This document shows, in pieces, positions 29,020 through 39,704 of a stretch of DNA of 64,000 nt (positions are counted from its first letter, which is position 1; each line of letters begins with the position of its first letter). Source of the stretch: Promethearchaeota archaeon (lineage in GTDB: Archaea; Asgardarchaeota; Heimdallarchaeia; Hodarchaeales; Hodarchaeaceae). The notes below the pieces were generated by a model. It was not told where the DNA came from. It searched no databases and was given only the letters and a program-made list of their open reading frames with translations. A program made the position numbers and the translations under genes. The stretch covers positions 128,001 through 192,000 of the forward strand of contig JBHLMN010000009.1 of NCBI GenBank assembly GCA_048938105.1, written 5' to 3'.

Positions 29020-29490
29020 ATGAGTGGTATTTCTGGAGGTGTCTGGATTGATGCTGGATGTGGGAGAGGAACCTATTCTTTCCCATTGGCAATGTTAGCG
29101 TCTCAGGTCATTGCAATAGACAAAGATCCATATGATATTTCGTTCCTTAAGACTCACCTCCCTCAAAAATCCAAGATTACTGTTTTTAAAAAAGATTTCA
29201 CTAAAGACCACCTTTCTCATGATTTGGTAGATGGTGTATTATTTGGATTTTCACTACACTACAGTCCTAATCCTATAAAAGCGATAATAAATGCCTTCAA
29301 CCACTTAAAACCTAGTGGGAAAATTATAATTTTTGAATATACTCATGAAGTGCCTTTACCTTGGGTTCCTTTCCCCATTCCTAAAAGGGAATTAATTTCA
29401 TTATTAGAAAAAACTGGGTTCCAAGAAATAACTATAATTTTCAATAATACTCGGTTTTATATCGTCCGAGGCAAAAAAGTATCTCATTAA
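29020..29490 (+). CDS. Class I SAM-dependent methyltransferase
   Basis: WIDAGCGRG motif I; LKPSGKIIIFEY; true start may be CTG 28984. Confidence 0.85.
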   Translation: MSGISGGVWIDAGCGRGTYSFPLAMLASQVIAIDKDPYDISFLKTHLPQKSKITVFKKDFTKDHLSHDLVDGVLFGFSLHYSPNPIKAIINAFNHLKPSGKIIIFEYTHEVPLPWVPFPIPKRELISLLEKTGFQEITIIFNNTRFYIVRGKKVSH

Positions 29491-31808
29491 GAATTGCATT
29501 CTTTCTTATTTTCAATAATTGGTAAATCAATAATAAAAGTAGATCCATACCCTAATCCATCACTTTGGGCTACAATTTTACCTTTATGAGCTTCTAGGAT
29601 TTTTTTAGACAAATACAATCCAATTCCAGTCCCTTTTGTAGCATAATTAGTAGAAAAGCTGATAAATTGTTCAAAAATACTTTCAAGGCGCTCGTGAGGA
29701 ATTCCTGACCCATTATCTTTGATTAAAATACGTATTTTATCATTGAAAATTTCTGATGAGACGATAATCCTTCTTTTATCTTTTGGGGTTTGTTTAATAG
29801 CATTATTCATCACATTTACCAATACTTGTTGGAAACGATCGGGATCTATAAGACAAAATAAATGAGTATAATCAGAACATCCATTATAGGAGAATTGATC
29901 TCCTAATGTAATTTTGTACTGATCAAAATGAGATTGTAAAAACGAACAAATTTCGATTCTCTTCTTTTCTATCTCGAATCGCCCTTGTTCAATTCGAGCA
30001 ACTTGAGAAATATCTTCAGTTAAACGTTCAAGACGATTTACATTACTTCTCAAAGAATTATATATTTCAGCTCTACGCTCAAGATCAATGAATTTATCGT
30101 GTCTTTCTAAAAAATCACAATATGCAGAAATAACGGCCAATGGGTTTCGTAATTCATGTGATGTCATTTTAATGAAATTGATACGTTTTTCCTCTGCCTC
30201 CTTCAATATTGTAATGTCTGTGAATACAACTAATGTCCCCGAGAAGTATCCCCTTGAAGAAAAGATAGGAGATGCAGTGATTAGGACAGGAACTACATTT
30301 CTATTCTTAGATAATATTTGGATTTCATAAGTACTTCCAATTCCTTTTGGGCGCTTATCTGATTCATGGTTAACAATAGTAAAATACTCTGGTGTGACAA
30401 GATCTCTCCAAGTCTTACCAATGAGTTCATTTTCTGAATAACCAAGTAATTCTGCTCCTTTTGGATTTACAAATGTTATTATACTTTCTGTATCCTCTAG
30501 GATTACTCCCTCTTGGAGCTTCTCGATTAATAACTGGTATTTTTCTTTAGCTTCCTTTAATGCTAATTCCGCTCTCACACGACCTATAAACCTACCAAGT
30601 TCTCTAGCAATTGCATCAATCAAATTTCGTTCTTCTTTAAGAAAAGGCCCTTCATCTGAAACGAGTTTTTCCTTAAGATAACACACTCGTATAAAGCCAA
30701 CCTTTTTCTTGACTACAAATATATCAGCAGATTGGCACCAAGGAGAATTTTGGAAATTGGCTGATACATATTTCTTTCTTTCAAATTCGAGATGAACGCA
30801 TACTATATCAGGATATTGCCATGCTGATGGTATTAAATCAATAATCAAGTTGAATACTTCATCTATTTCAAGATTTGGATCAGAAAGTAATTTTGAGACC
30901 TGATGAAGACAGTTTAGTTCTTTGATTCGCATAATAAGCTCATGAGTTCGCTTTCGTAGAATTATTTCTGTTTCTTTTTGTCTGGTAATATCAGTAACAG
31001 TTCCTAAAATGCCTTTATCCCCCTCAAAGTCAATTAATTTGGTTGTAAGTAAAGTATTGAATCGTTTCCCATTTTTGGATATTATTTCATATTCTATTGG
31101 TCCAACTTCTTCTCCTTTCATATGTTTTTGAAAGTTTGATACAATCTTTTCTCGAAATTCAGGAGCAACCAGAGTTAGAAAATCAAAATCGCTAGATTTA
31201 AATTCTTCCTGTGTGTATCCTAATAGCTCTTCACATCTTTTGTTTGTGTAAACTATCTTTCCTTTCTGATTAATAAAAATCATATTGGGGGATTGTTCTG
31301 CAAGATTTCTGAACTTTTTTTCAGACTCTCGAATTCTATTTTGAGTTCTTTTGATTTCAGTAATATCTCGAACAATCCCTTGAGTACCAAGAATTTTGCC
31401 ATCTTTGACAATAGGTGCCCCATTGATTTCTACATGTTTAATTTCACCATTTTTATGACAAACTTGTCGTTCGACTAAGTTTACAACTTTTCCCGAAGTT
31501 GCTTGCTTAAACGCCCTTATTGACTGGTTAAGATGAGAAGGTAGAATATACTTCTTAAAGGGAGTGCCAATCACTTCAGAAGGAGAGTAACCCAAGATTT
31601 GCGAAATTGATGGGGAGCAAAAAGTGATAATACCTTCGAGGTTGTTTTGAAAGATTGCGTCAGTGCTAGTCTCTATTATTACTCGGAAATGTTCCTCCTT
31701 CTCTTTTAATTGAGTCTCAATATCTTTTATTCTTTTCATCTCACTCCTAATAATTTTTTTAGCATCTTTAGGAATGTCATCTCTGCCTAGAAGGCTTGAA
31801 AAAGTCAT
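29487..31808 (-). CDS. Cytoplasmic multi-PAS sensor histidine kinase
   Basis: Three PAS/PAC units (RDIT/TDIT ends) plus a GAF-like segment; SHELRNPL, NNAIK, DNGSGI, GTGIGL. Confidence 0.93.
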   Translation of the reverse strand: MTFSSLLGRDDIPKDAKKIIRSEMKRIKDIETQLKEKEEHFRVIIETSTDAIFQNNLEGIITFCSPSISQILGYSPSEVIGTPFKKYILPSHLNQSIRAFKQATSGKVVNLVERQVCHKNGEIKHVEINGAPIVKDGKILGTQGIVRDITEIKRTQNRIRESEKKFRNLAEQSPNMIFINQKGKIVYTNKRCEELLGYTQEEFKSSDFDFLTLVAPEFREKIVSNFQKHMKGEEVGPIEYEIISKNGKRFNTLLTTKLIDFEGDKGILGTVTDITRQKETEIILRKRTHELIMRIKELNCLHQVSKLLSDPNLEIDEVFNLIIDLIPSAWQYPDIVCVHLEFERKKYVSANFQNSPWCQSADIFVVKKKVGFIRVCYLKEKLVSDEGPFLKEERNLIDAIARELGRFIGRVRAELALKEAKEKYQLLIEKLQEGVILEDTESIITFVNPKGAELLGYSENELIGKTWRDLVTPEYFTIVNHESDKRPKGIGSTYEIQILSKNRNVVPVLITASPIFSSRGYFSGTLVVFTDITILKEAEEKRINFIKMTSHELRNPLAVISAYCDFLERHDKFIDLERRAEIYNSLRSNVNRLERLTEDISQVARIEQGRFEIEKKRIEICSFLQSHFDQYKITLGDQFSYNGCSDYTHLFCLIDPDRFQQVLVNVMNNAIKQTPKDKRRIIVSSEIFNDKIRILIKDNGSGIPHERLESIFEQFISFSTNYATKGTGIGLYLSKKILEAHKGKIVAQSDGLGYGSTFIIDLPIIENKKECNS

Positions 31809-32062
31809 TTATTCTCACTAGTAAAATGAATAACCTCATAAGATTTAAAGATTGTTTTTTACATATAGAGAAAAGCTTGAATGAGAATTAAAATCCAGTT
31901 AAAATTATCAAAAGTATAAAAGGAATAATTATATTTCTGGAAATATTCGTGAAGATCTATAACCTTGATCTATATCATATTTTCAAAGAAATTCAAACCT
32001 AATATAAGATTCAAAGCTTTATATTGTTCGTGGGAAGAATTCTTTAATGTGATTTTCTTTAC

Positions 32063-32482
32063 TTATAATTTCATTGGCAAGACTGTAGCTTTACCGTCCA
32101 CAACCAGTTCATTATCTTGATTTATACAAGTTGTCTTCAAAATTACCCTTTCTTTTTCATCATCTTTATCTATCACTTCCACTGCTACAGTAATGGTATC
32201 TCCTATACGAACAGGCTTTTTAAAAATAATCTCCTGCTTTAGATAAATACTACCTGGCCCTGGAAGTTTACTGGCAAGGACTGTTGAAATAAAGGCAGCA
32301 GAAAGCATTCCATGAGCTACCCGCCCATGGAAGAATGTTCTCTTTGCGAATTCTTCATCTAAATGAATTGGATTTCTATCTCCGCTAACATCAGCAAATT
32401 TTCTAATATCATCCTCGGTTACAGTTCTTACTAGTTCAGCTTTTTGGCCAATTTTTATCTCAGAATAACTTAAATTAACCAT
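32063..32482 (-). CDS. MaoC-family (R)-enoyl-CoA hydratase
   Basis: SGDRNPIHLD, RVAHGML, LPGPG, FKKPVRIGD. Confidence 0.92.
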   Translation of the reverse strand: MVNLSYSEIKIGQKAELVRTVTEDDIRKFADVSGDRNPIHLDEEFAKRTFFHGRVAHGMLSAAFISTVLASKLPGPGSIYLKQEIIFKKPVRIGDTITVAVEVIDKDDEKERVILKTTCINQDNELVVDGKATVLPMKL

Positions 32483-32631
32483 TTTATCATCTCAATTAAG
32501 ATATAAATGAGGTAGATTGTTCCGTCACTATCATATATAAGAAAAAGGTTAATAGATTCCTACTTATATCAGAATATTCTTGACAATATTAATGCTGTAG
32601 TTCTTATTTCTCTGACAGAATCTAGCTAAGA

Positions 32632-34749
32632 GTGAGAAAAATGTTTGAAATACCAAAACGGATCGAAAGGCTTGGTGAACTTGCAGAAAATCTTACCTGG
32701 GTTTGGAATCCTAAAGCTCGCGAGCTATTCAAACGTCTCGATCACCCCTTATGGGTCTATACTGATCATAATCCTGTTCGTATGCTTCAAATAATGCCTC
32801 GGAAACGGTTAGAGGCGGCAGCCCAGAACCCCGCATTTCTCAAACATTATGACGGAGTAATGTTTAACTTCGATCGAGACATGGATTTTAAGGAAACATG
32901 GTTCTCAGAAAAATATCCTAATTTCAAGGGAGAGATGGCGTATATAAGCACCGAATACGGTTTACATCAATCATTACCGATATACTCCGGTGGATTGGGA
33001 ATTTTAAGTGGAGACCACATAAAAGAAAGCAGCGATCTAGGATTACCTCTTGTAGGAGTAGGATTTGTATATCCTCAAGGTTATTTCAAGCAGCTCATGT
33101 TAAGAAACGGATGGCAGGAAGCACATTATGACTATATCAAATTTGAACAAACACCCATTAATCCTATTTTTGAAAATGAACATGAACAATTACATATTGA
33201 ACTAAAATTTCCAAAATCACTTTTTTTGCGAGTTTGGACCCTGAAGGTAGGAAGCACGATATTATATTTAATGGACACAGACATAGAACAGAACAAACCT
33301 TGGGATCGAGGGCTCTCAGCACGGCTTTATGGTGGGGATCAAGAAATGCGAATACGTCAAGAAATCGTTCTTGGCTTCGGATCTATAAGAATTCTTTCTC
33401 ATCTTGGTCATGATCCCAAAATTTATCATTGTAATGAAGGTCATACTGCCTTTGTAGCTCTTGAACTACTCAGAAGAGAAATGATTGAAAACGGGAAAGA
33501 TTTCGACGAAGCAAAACAAATTGTTCACAATAAAATAATTTTCACGACACACACACCCGTCCCCGCTGGACATGATCAATTTTCTTTCGAATTAGTTTCC
33601 AAATATTTCCAAAATTACTGGGAAAATTTAAATATCAGTCGAGATGAATTTTTGGCCTTAGGCGCGTTTGACTGGGGGTATGGACAAGGACCTAGATTTA
33701 ATATGACAACTCTCGGTATTAGGTTGAGTAGATATCAAAATGCCGTATCAAAGCTCAATTGTGAGGTGAGTCGCAACATGTGGTCTAATCTATTCTCCAC
33801 AGTTGAGTTTAAAGATCGCCCTCAAATCCAATATATTACTAATGGTGTTCATGTTCCCACTTGGATTGGTATTCCATTTCAGAGATTATACAAAAAGTAC
33901 TTAGGGAAAAATTGGTTAACTAAGCAAGATGATCCAAATTTATGGGAACAAGTAGATGAAATTCCAGATAAAGAACTTTGGGCTGCTAGAGAAGAATCAA
34001 GAGATCGTATGTTCGTATTTTTACGGGAAAGAGCTCGCATCAAAAGAACAGAGGAAGGAAAAGATTCACGTCAAACATTGGCAGCAGGAGCACTCCTAGA
34101 TCCTCATGCATTAACAATTGGATTTGCCAGAAGATTTGCAACATATAAACGAGCATATTTAATTTTCAATGATCTTGAGAGATTCAAAAAGAACCTTCTA
34201 GATCGTTACACTCCTATTCAAATTATTTTTGCTGGAAAAGCACACCCAGCTGATGATCCAGGTAAAAATGTACTTCAACAAGTTTACCAAAAAGCCGTTG
34301 ATCCATCAATTGGGGGCCGTGTTGCTTTTATAGAAGATTATGACATGCAAGTGGGCCGATATTTAGTCCAAGGCTGCGATATCTGGCTTAATACACCACG
34401 TAAACCACTTGAAGCTTCAGGTACCTCTGGTATGAAAGCTGCTATCAATGGTTGCATCAATTTTTCTATTCTTGACGGTTGGTGGCCTGAAGCTTATGAT
34501 GGAAGCAACGGTTGGATTATTGGGGGTAAAGATTATGATAATCAAGAAGAACTGAATCGGGCTGATGCTCAGTCATTTTACGACATTCTTGAAAAAGAAA
34601 TCCGTCCTTTGTTTTACGAACGGGATTCCAATGACATTCCTGTAGAATGGTTAGAAGTAATTCGAAATTCAATCAAAACTGTAACACCAGCCTTTTCCGC
34701 CCGACGAATGCTTAAAGAATATGTTAAAGTGTACATTCCACAAAATTAA
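32632..34749 (+). CDS. glgP: Alpha-glucan (glycogen/maltodextrin) phosphorylase
   Basis: YSGGLGILSGD, HCNEGH, FTTHTPVPAGHD, FARRFATYKR, EASGTSGMK. Confidence 0.95.
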   Translation: MRKMFEIPKRIERLGELAENLTWVWNPKARELFKRLDHPLWVYTDHNPVRMLQIMPRKRLEAAAQNPAFLKHYDGVMFNFDRDMDFKETWFSEKYPNFKGEMAYISTEYGLHQSLPIYSGGLGILSGDHIKESSDLGLPLVGVGFVYPQGYFKQLMLRNGWQEAHYDYIKFEQTPINPIFENEHEQLHIELKFPKSLFLRVWTLKVGSTILYLMDTDIEQNKPWDRGLSARLYGGDQEMRIRQEIVLGFGSIRILSHLGHDPKIYHCNEGHTAFVALELLRREMIENGKDFDEAKQIVHNKIIFTTHTPVPAGHDQFSFELVSKYFQNYWENLNISRDEFLALGAFDWGYGQGPRFNMTTLGIRLSRYQNAVSKLNCEVSRNMWSNLFSTVEFKDRPQIQYITNGVHVPTWIGIPFQRLYKKYLGKNWLTKQDDPNLWEQVDEIPDKELWAAREESRDRMFVFLRERARIKRTEEGKDSRQTLAAGALLDPHALTIGFARRFATYKRAYLIFNDLERFKKNLLDRYTPIQIIFAGKAHPADDPGKNVLQQVYQKAVDPSIGGRVAFIEDYDMQVGRYLVQGCDIWLNTPRKPLEASGTSGMKAAINGCINFSILDGWWPEAYDGSNGWIIGGKDYDNQEELNRADAQSFYDILEKEIRPLFYERDSNDIPVEWLEVIRNSIKTVTPAFSARRMLKEYVKVYIPQN

Positions 34750-34761
34750 GAAGACATTCTT

Positions 34762-34785
34762 CTCACATCTCAAATAAAATGTGAG
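34762..34785. terminator. Short inverted repeat between convergent genes
   Basis: CTCACAT-10 nt-ATGTGAG in the 44-bp gap between the glgP and HhH gene stops. Confidence 0.35.
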
Positions 34786-34793
34786 GTAGGTAT

Positions 34794-35387
34794 TCAACCA
34801 GTCAGCATCTTTTGCGCATTTTCTTGCCAACTTTTAACCTGTTTGTCACTCTTTCGGCCTATCGCTGCTGCAATCTCTTGACTATGTTTACTTAATAAAT
34901 CACCTATTGTCTTAATGCCGGCCTCTGATAGCTTTTCATAAACTGTTTTTCCTATTCCCTTCACTTCTGAAACAGAGGTGAGGGTATTTACGATAGGTTT
35001 AGCGGGGACAACACGTTTCGCAGGTTCGGGTACTGTTACTACTTCGGGAGGTTTTTCAACAACAGGTTCAACTTTCCTTTTGATTTTTACGGGAGGTTTA
35101 GTGATTACTGGCTCTGGTTTGACTTTTTTGGGCTTAGGTTTTGGTGGTACTTTAAGAGAAGGTGCTTTCTTGAATAACTCACCAGTCTCAATACAAAGCC
35201 AAAGATGCTGTTGTTTGGATGGATCATCAGGGAGATAATGAAACCCAATGTCGTAAATAGCACCAGGACATGATTCTTTATGCAAAATTTTAGCCACACG
35301 ATTTGTCTTTGGTATGTTTTTCTTCACCCAATGCTTACCAATAATATAAGTGTCACCTGGTTTGCCAAGTGTGTGTTTCCACAACAT
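34794..35387 (-). CDS. Protein with Pro/Lys linker and C-terminal helix-hairpin-helix (DUF4332/RadA-N-like) domain
   Basis: VKGIGKTVYEKLSEAGIKTIGDL HhH motif. Confidence 0.75.
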   Translation of the reverse strand: MLWKHTLGKPGDTYIIGKHWVKKNIPKTNRVAKILHKESCPGAIYDIGFHYLPDDPSKQQHLWLCIETGELFKKAPSLKVPPKPKPKKVKPEPVITKPPVKIKRKVEPVVEKPPEVVTVPEPAKRVVPAKPIVNTLTSVSEVKGIGKTVYEKLSEAGIKTIGDLLSKHSQEIAAAIGRKSDKQVKSWQENAQKMLTG

Positions 35388-35493
35388 AAATAATACCTAC
35401 TGATTAATTAACTGTTTTAAGACTTATTTTTAAAAAATCTTTAACATTTTCTCTTAATCCATTATTCAATGGCACAATCAAATTTTTCTAGTA

Positions 35494-35503
35494 TTTATAT
35501 AAA
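35494..35503 (+). promoter_or_regulatory. TATA box upstream of pfkA
   Basis: TTTATATAAA ending 30 nt before ATG 35534. Confidence 0.5.
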
Positions 35504-35533
35504 GAAGTGCTTGAAAAGGTTGTGTGAATATTC

Positions 35534-36511
35534 ATGGTAAAAAAGAAAATCGGAGTATTTTGTAGCGGAGGAGATGCTCCAGGAATGAATGCTTGCTTAC
35601 GTGCGGTAGTCCGAAGAGGGATTGCTCGGGGATTAAAAATCATTGCCATTCACAAAGGTTATCAAGGATTATTTGATGAGGCATTTGAAAAGCTCACCCC
35701 TCGGTCTGTTTCAAATATTATTCAGCTAGGAGGTACAATCATCAAAACTGCTAGATGCGAAAAATTCTATAAAGAAGAAGGAGTCCATGAGGCAGCAGAA
35801 ATTTTAAAAAAACATAATTTCGATGGATTAATAGCGATAGGGGGAGATGGGACATTTCGTGGCCTATTAGAATTGAAGAAGTATTGGACAGGCCAAGTTA
35901 TTGGAATTCCAGGAACTATTGATAATGATATTTATGGAACTGATTATACAATTGGTTTTGACACAGCAATTGATACAGTAATCCAAATGCTAGACCGAAT
36001 TAGAGATACAGCCGAATCACATGAGCGTGTTTTTCTTGTTGAAGTAATGGGACGCCAATCTGGCTTTATTGCATTAGAAGTGGGAATTGGATGTGGCGCG
36101 GAAGAGATTTTGGTTCCAGAACATGTTGTTGATTTAGAAAAAGTGGCTAAACGCGTCATAAAAGCACAAAAACGAGAGAAAAAGAGTATTATTATTGTGG
36201 TAGCTGAAGGCGTAAGTAAGAACCAAATCTTCGATTTTTCTAATAGACTCACCAATCAAAAAGGACTTGAATTTCAAACACATATATCTATTTTGGGGCA
36301 TGTTCAACGTGGAGGTTCCCCAAGTGCCCTTGATCGTTGGTTAGCAACACGACTTGGTTCATTTGCTGTTGATTGTATCCTAAATGGAAATACAGGTATT
36401 ATGGTTGGTGAACGCAATCATCAATTAGTTCAGGTTCCACTTGAAGAAACTCAAAAGAAAAAACCATTAGACACTTATGCATATAGCATTATTAGCGATC
36501 TATCAATTTGA
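35534..36511 (+). CDS. pfkA: ATP-dependent 6-phosphofructokinase (bacterial PfkA type)
   Basis: SGGDAPGMN, IGGDGT, PGTIDND, VEVMGR, LGHVQRGG. Confidence 0.95.
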   Translation: MVKKKIGVFCSGGDAPGMNACLRAVVRRGIARGLKIIAIHKGYQGLFDEAFEKLTPRSVSNIIQLGGTIIKTARCEKFYKEEGVHEAAEILKKHNFDGLIAIGGDGTFRGLLELKKYWTGQVIGIPGTIDNDIYGTDYTIGFDTAIDTVIQMLDRIRDTAESHERVFLVEVMGRQSGFIALEVGIGCGAEEILVPEHVVDLEKVAKRVIKAQKREKKSIIIVVAEGVSKNQIFDFSNRLTNQKGLEFQTHISILGHVQRGGSPSALDRWLATRLGSFAVDCILNGNTGIMVGERNHQLVQVPLEETQKKKPLDTYAYSIISDLSI

Positions 36512-36555
36512 ATCTAAGAGGGCATATATAGTTTAATTCTGCAATGTGAATTCGA

Positions 36556-37368
36556 TTAAGGTGTATACACGTGAAACACAGCCCAAGAGGCTGATGGGGC
36601 TAGTATTGGAGCTAATATTGCAAAAACTATCATGCTGGTAAGTGGTACACTAATATTATCAACCTCACTTGGAGAAAGCGCCTCTACTCCAGTACCAGCT
36701 AGGATCACGATTATGCTAAGCAGAAGAAGTGAATCTAAGCTGAAACCAAATATCAACAAAAAAAGAATACAGCTTATAAGAGATGAGACTAACATAGTAA
36801 GAGATCCTGGAACAGATTTTTCAGCAAAAATCTTAAATTTCATCCTGTTTAATTTTCTACCAACAATATCAGCTGTCCCATCTCCAAAAGCTAATATTGA
36901 AACAACAATAATCGAAACAGGACTACAATACTCTGTAAGCGGAATGGTTGTCCAACAAAATAATGTAACAAATACACCAACCAGAACATAATAAAATGTC
37001 CCTCGCAGAAGTTCACGAGGGTCTTCTGAACGGGACATTGACTGAACAAAGTGTTCACTCTTGATTCTTCCAGATCCAATAAGAAGAAATAACAAAACAA
37101 ATATACCTGGTGCAATTGAGGCAATATATGGACTGAACCATTGCCCAGAATAGAAAATAAAACTTATCAGAAGAGTTGGCCCAGCTGTAATGTGAATCAA
37201 CTTACGAGTAACATATTGACTGATAATTCCTTTCTTTCGAAGCCAAAAATTTAGTGAAATGAATAGAATAATTAGTATAATTGTAAGTATTAAAATAGAG
37301 AGATCTTGAATAAAAGCGAGTTCCGTTGGAAGAATTTCCATTATCATCACTAAATTTGTCCATTGCAC
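36556..37368 (-). CDS. CTP-dependent polyprenol/diacylglycerol kinase (phytol/dolichol kinase family)
   Basis: TRKLIH, GTFYY, FGDGTADIVG, KSVPGS, DNISVP; multi-TM. Confidence 0.87.
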   Translation of the reverse strand: MQWTNLVMIMEILPTELAFIQDLSILILTIILIILFISLNFWLRKKGIISQYVTRKLIHITAGPTLLISFIFYSGQWFSPYIASIAPGIFVLLFLLIGSGRIKSEHFVQSMSRSEDPRELLRGTFYYVLVGVFVTLFCWTTIPLTEYCSPVSIIVVSILAFGDGTADIVGRKLNRMKFKIFAEKSVPGSLTMLVSSLISCILFLLIFGFSLDSLLLLSIIVILAGTGVEALSPSEVDNISVPLTSMIVFAILAPILAPSASWAVFHVYTP

Positions 37369-37534
37369 GACTAAAAGAAAATTATGTAATTATTGATTCT
37401 TGGGGTAAAAAATACTCTCCTTTTTTATAATTTATCCTGAATTTCTCTATAATCTTCTCTGTAACCCGAAAACATCTAGGGATAATGATTAAAGTATTTA
37501 ATGATGTCTTAGTAGTTTAAATTCTGGTGATCAT

Positions 37535-38671
37535 ATGTGTGATACTTTCGTGGCCTTAGGATCAGCGACTCACAACGGCATGGTAATTTTCGGTAAAAAT
37601 AGCGATCGACCTTATAATGAACACCAATCTATTGTCTACATTCCGAAAAAAAGACATAAAACAAATTCTGACGTGAAATGTACATATATCTCTATCCCCC
37701 AAGTTGATAAGACAAATGCAGTTATTCTCTCGAAACCTTCTTGGATGTGGGGTGCAGAAATGGGAGCTAATGAATATAATGTTGTTATCGGTAATGAAGC
37801 AATATTTGACACGAAAGAACCCCTGGGGCCTCCTTCATTACTAGGAATGGATTTAGTTCGTCTTGCCCTTGAACGTTCTTCAACCGCAATACAAGCTGTC
37901 CATCTTATTTGTGATTTACTTGAGACGTATGGGCAAGGAGGTGCTTGTTCAGAAAAAGATCCTACACTAATGTACCACAACTCATTTTTGATTACGGATC
38001 CCAGTGAAGCTTGGGTTTTGGAAACAGCCGATAAATGGTGGATTGGTCAGCAAATTAAGGATGGTATAAGAAATATATCTAATGGATTATCCATTAGATC
38101 CCAATATACGATTGTTAAGGACGGAATTATAGATTACGCAATTGAACAAGGCTATTGTGATGATGTAGATAGATTTGATTTTGCTAAATGTTTTTCAGAG
38201 GGAATTTATAAAGAACCATCAAGATTTTCACGAGAAGGTTGGGGGAAGCATCTTTTACAATCAAATTATGGGGAAATCGATCCGATCATTATGATAGAGA
38301 TCCTTCGTGATCATTATGGAGGAATTTGTATGCATGGGGCCTTCCGAACAACAGCTTCTCAGGTTTCCTATCTTTCAAAGACGAAAGCAGTTCATTGGAT
38401 GACAGGATCACCACATCCATGCATCAGCTTCTTTAAGCCATTTGTGGTTCCTACTCAAGAAGATCCTAGTGAATGTGACATCTTTGAATTGCGAGAACAA
38501 TTTAACCTAATGGCGAATGATAGTAAAATTCAAGAACTACATTCCTTAGAGAGAGAATTTATCAAAATAATCGAACAGAGGCTACAAACTGATAACTTGT
38601 CAATAGCAGATATTCAACACCTTACTCTGGAAGCCTTAAACCGTGAAATATCCCTGATTTCTCTAAGATGA
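37535..38671 (+). CDS. Secernin-like C69 peptidase (Ntn hydrolase)
   Basis: MCDT (N-terminal Cys nucleophile), FGKNSDR, WMWGAEMGANE, LLGMDLVRLALER. Confidence 0.9.
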   Translation: MCDTFVALGSATHNGMVIFGKNSDRPYNEHQSIVYIPKKRHKTNSDVKCTYISIPQVDKTNAVILSKPSWMWGAEMGANEYNVVIGNEAIFDTKEPLGPPSLLGMDLVRLALERSSTAIQAVHLICDLLETYGQGGACSEKDPTLMYHNSFLITDPSEAWVLETADKWWIGQQIKDGIRNISNGLSIRSQYTIVKDGIIDYAIEQGYCDDVDRFDFAKCFSEGIYKEPSRFSREGWGKHLLQSNYGEIDPIIMIEILRDHYGGICMHGAFRTTASQVSYLSKTKAVHWMTGSPHPCISFFKPFVVPTQEDPSECDIFELREQFNLMANDSKIQELHSLEREFIKIIEQRLQTDNLSIADIQHLTLEALNREISLISLR

Positions 38672-38698
38672 GTTCATTCCTTTTCCATCAAAAAACTA

Positions 38699-39529
38699 TT
38701 ACTCAAATTTCTCATCTAACCATTTTATTAATCTATCCAAGCTTCTCTCGGGAAAATAAGCATGCTTTGCTCCTGGTATAATGAAGAACTCTTTTTCATC
38801 ACTAGGTATTTCATTAAATAATTCTCGGCCTGCTTCAATAGTAAAAAGCTCATCATCTTCTCCAATGCCAACAAAGATAGGAAAATGAAGTCTTTCTGGT
38901 AATTTTAAGTCTTCAGCTCTGAATATTTTCATAAACCGAAAGGTGTATTTAAAATTGAATAGCGGGTCATCAATCCCCAACATTCCTTCGCGATAGTAAG
39001 TTATTACAGGCTTACTAGGAAAAAACATAGAGCTAATTAGAATTCTCAGCTTTGTCAGAATGGATATTTTTGGATAAACCCCAGGTCGAAAAGTTCTTGC
39101 TGCACTCAGTAATATTAAGCCATTAATATCCTCTAGACAGTGATTTGTGGCAATAAGTGATGATAAAACTCCCAGACTATGACCAAGTAATATTACGTGT
39201 TTAGCTTTTTGTTTTATGTACGTAATTGTTTCGCAAAGATCCTTAACAAGCCTTTCTTTACTAGGATAATCTCCTCTGATACCATCAGATAAGCCATGGC
39301 CACGTAAATCTAAACCATACACTGCATACCCTTTTTGGGTTAAAGGTTCAGCTAGTATTTCGTAGGGCCCACTGTAAGCTGTTATTCCATGAAATACTAA
39401 AATAGCTTCTTTTTTAGGCGTTTTTTGTGGTTTCCATATCCTTAAAAATAATGTTTTGTCATCAGAGGTAGATATTAAATAGTGTAAGCCATCAAATTCG
39501 TTTCTTAGTTTAGTTACGCGAAGATCCAT
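38699..39529 (-). CDS. Alpha/beta hydrolase (lysophospholipase/monoglyceride lipase-like)
   Basis: HG, DLRGHGLS, GHSLG, catalytic D and H (GAKH). Confidence 0.9.
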   Translation of the reverse strand: MDLRVTKLRNEFDGLHYLISTSDDKTLFLRIWKPQKTPKKEAILVFHGITAYSGPYEILAEPLTQKGYAVYGLDLRGHGLSDGIRGDYPSKERLVKDLCETITYIKQKAKHVILLGHSLGVLSSLIATNHCLEDINGLILLSAARTFRPGVYPKISILTKLRILISSMFFPSKPVITYYREGMLGIDDPLFNFKYTFRFMKIFRAEDLKLPERLHFPIFVGIGEDDELFTIEAGRELFNEIPSDEKEFFIIPGAKHAYFPERSLDRLIKWLDEKFE

Positions 39530-39704
39530 TATTCATTCACCCATTACAATAATATAGAAATATATAAACATCAATTATTATTTTTTAGAAATGGGTGAGA
39601 CACAAAGAAAAGGAAATTTTTTTTTAGGAAGGACAATTTTATTACCAATAAAGTAATAAACGGTTAAACATGTTCATTATTTAATTCCATTCCAGGAGAT
39701 AATA

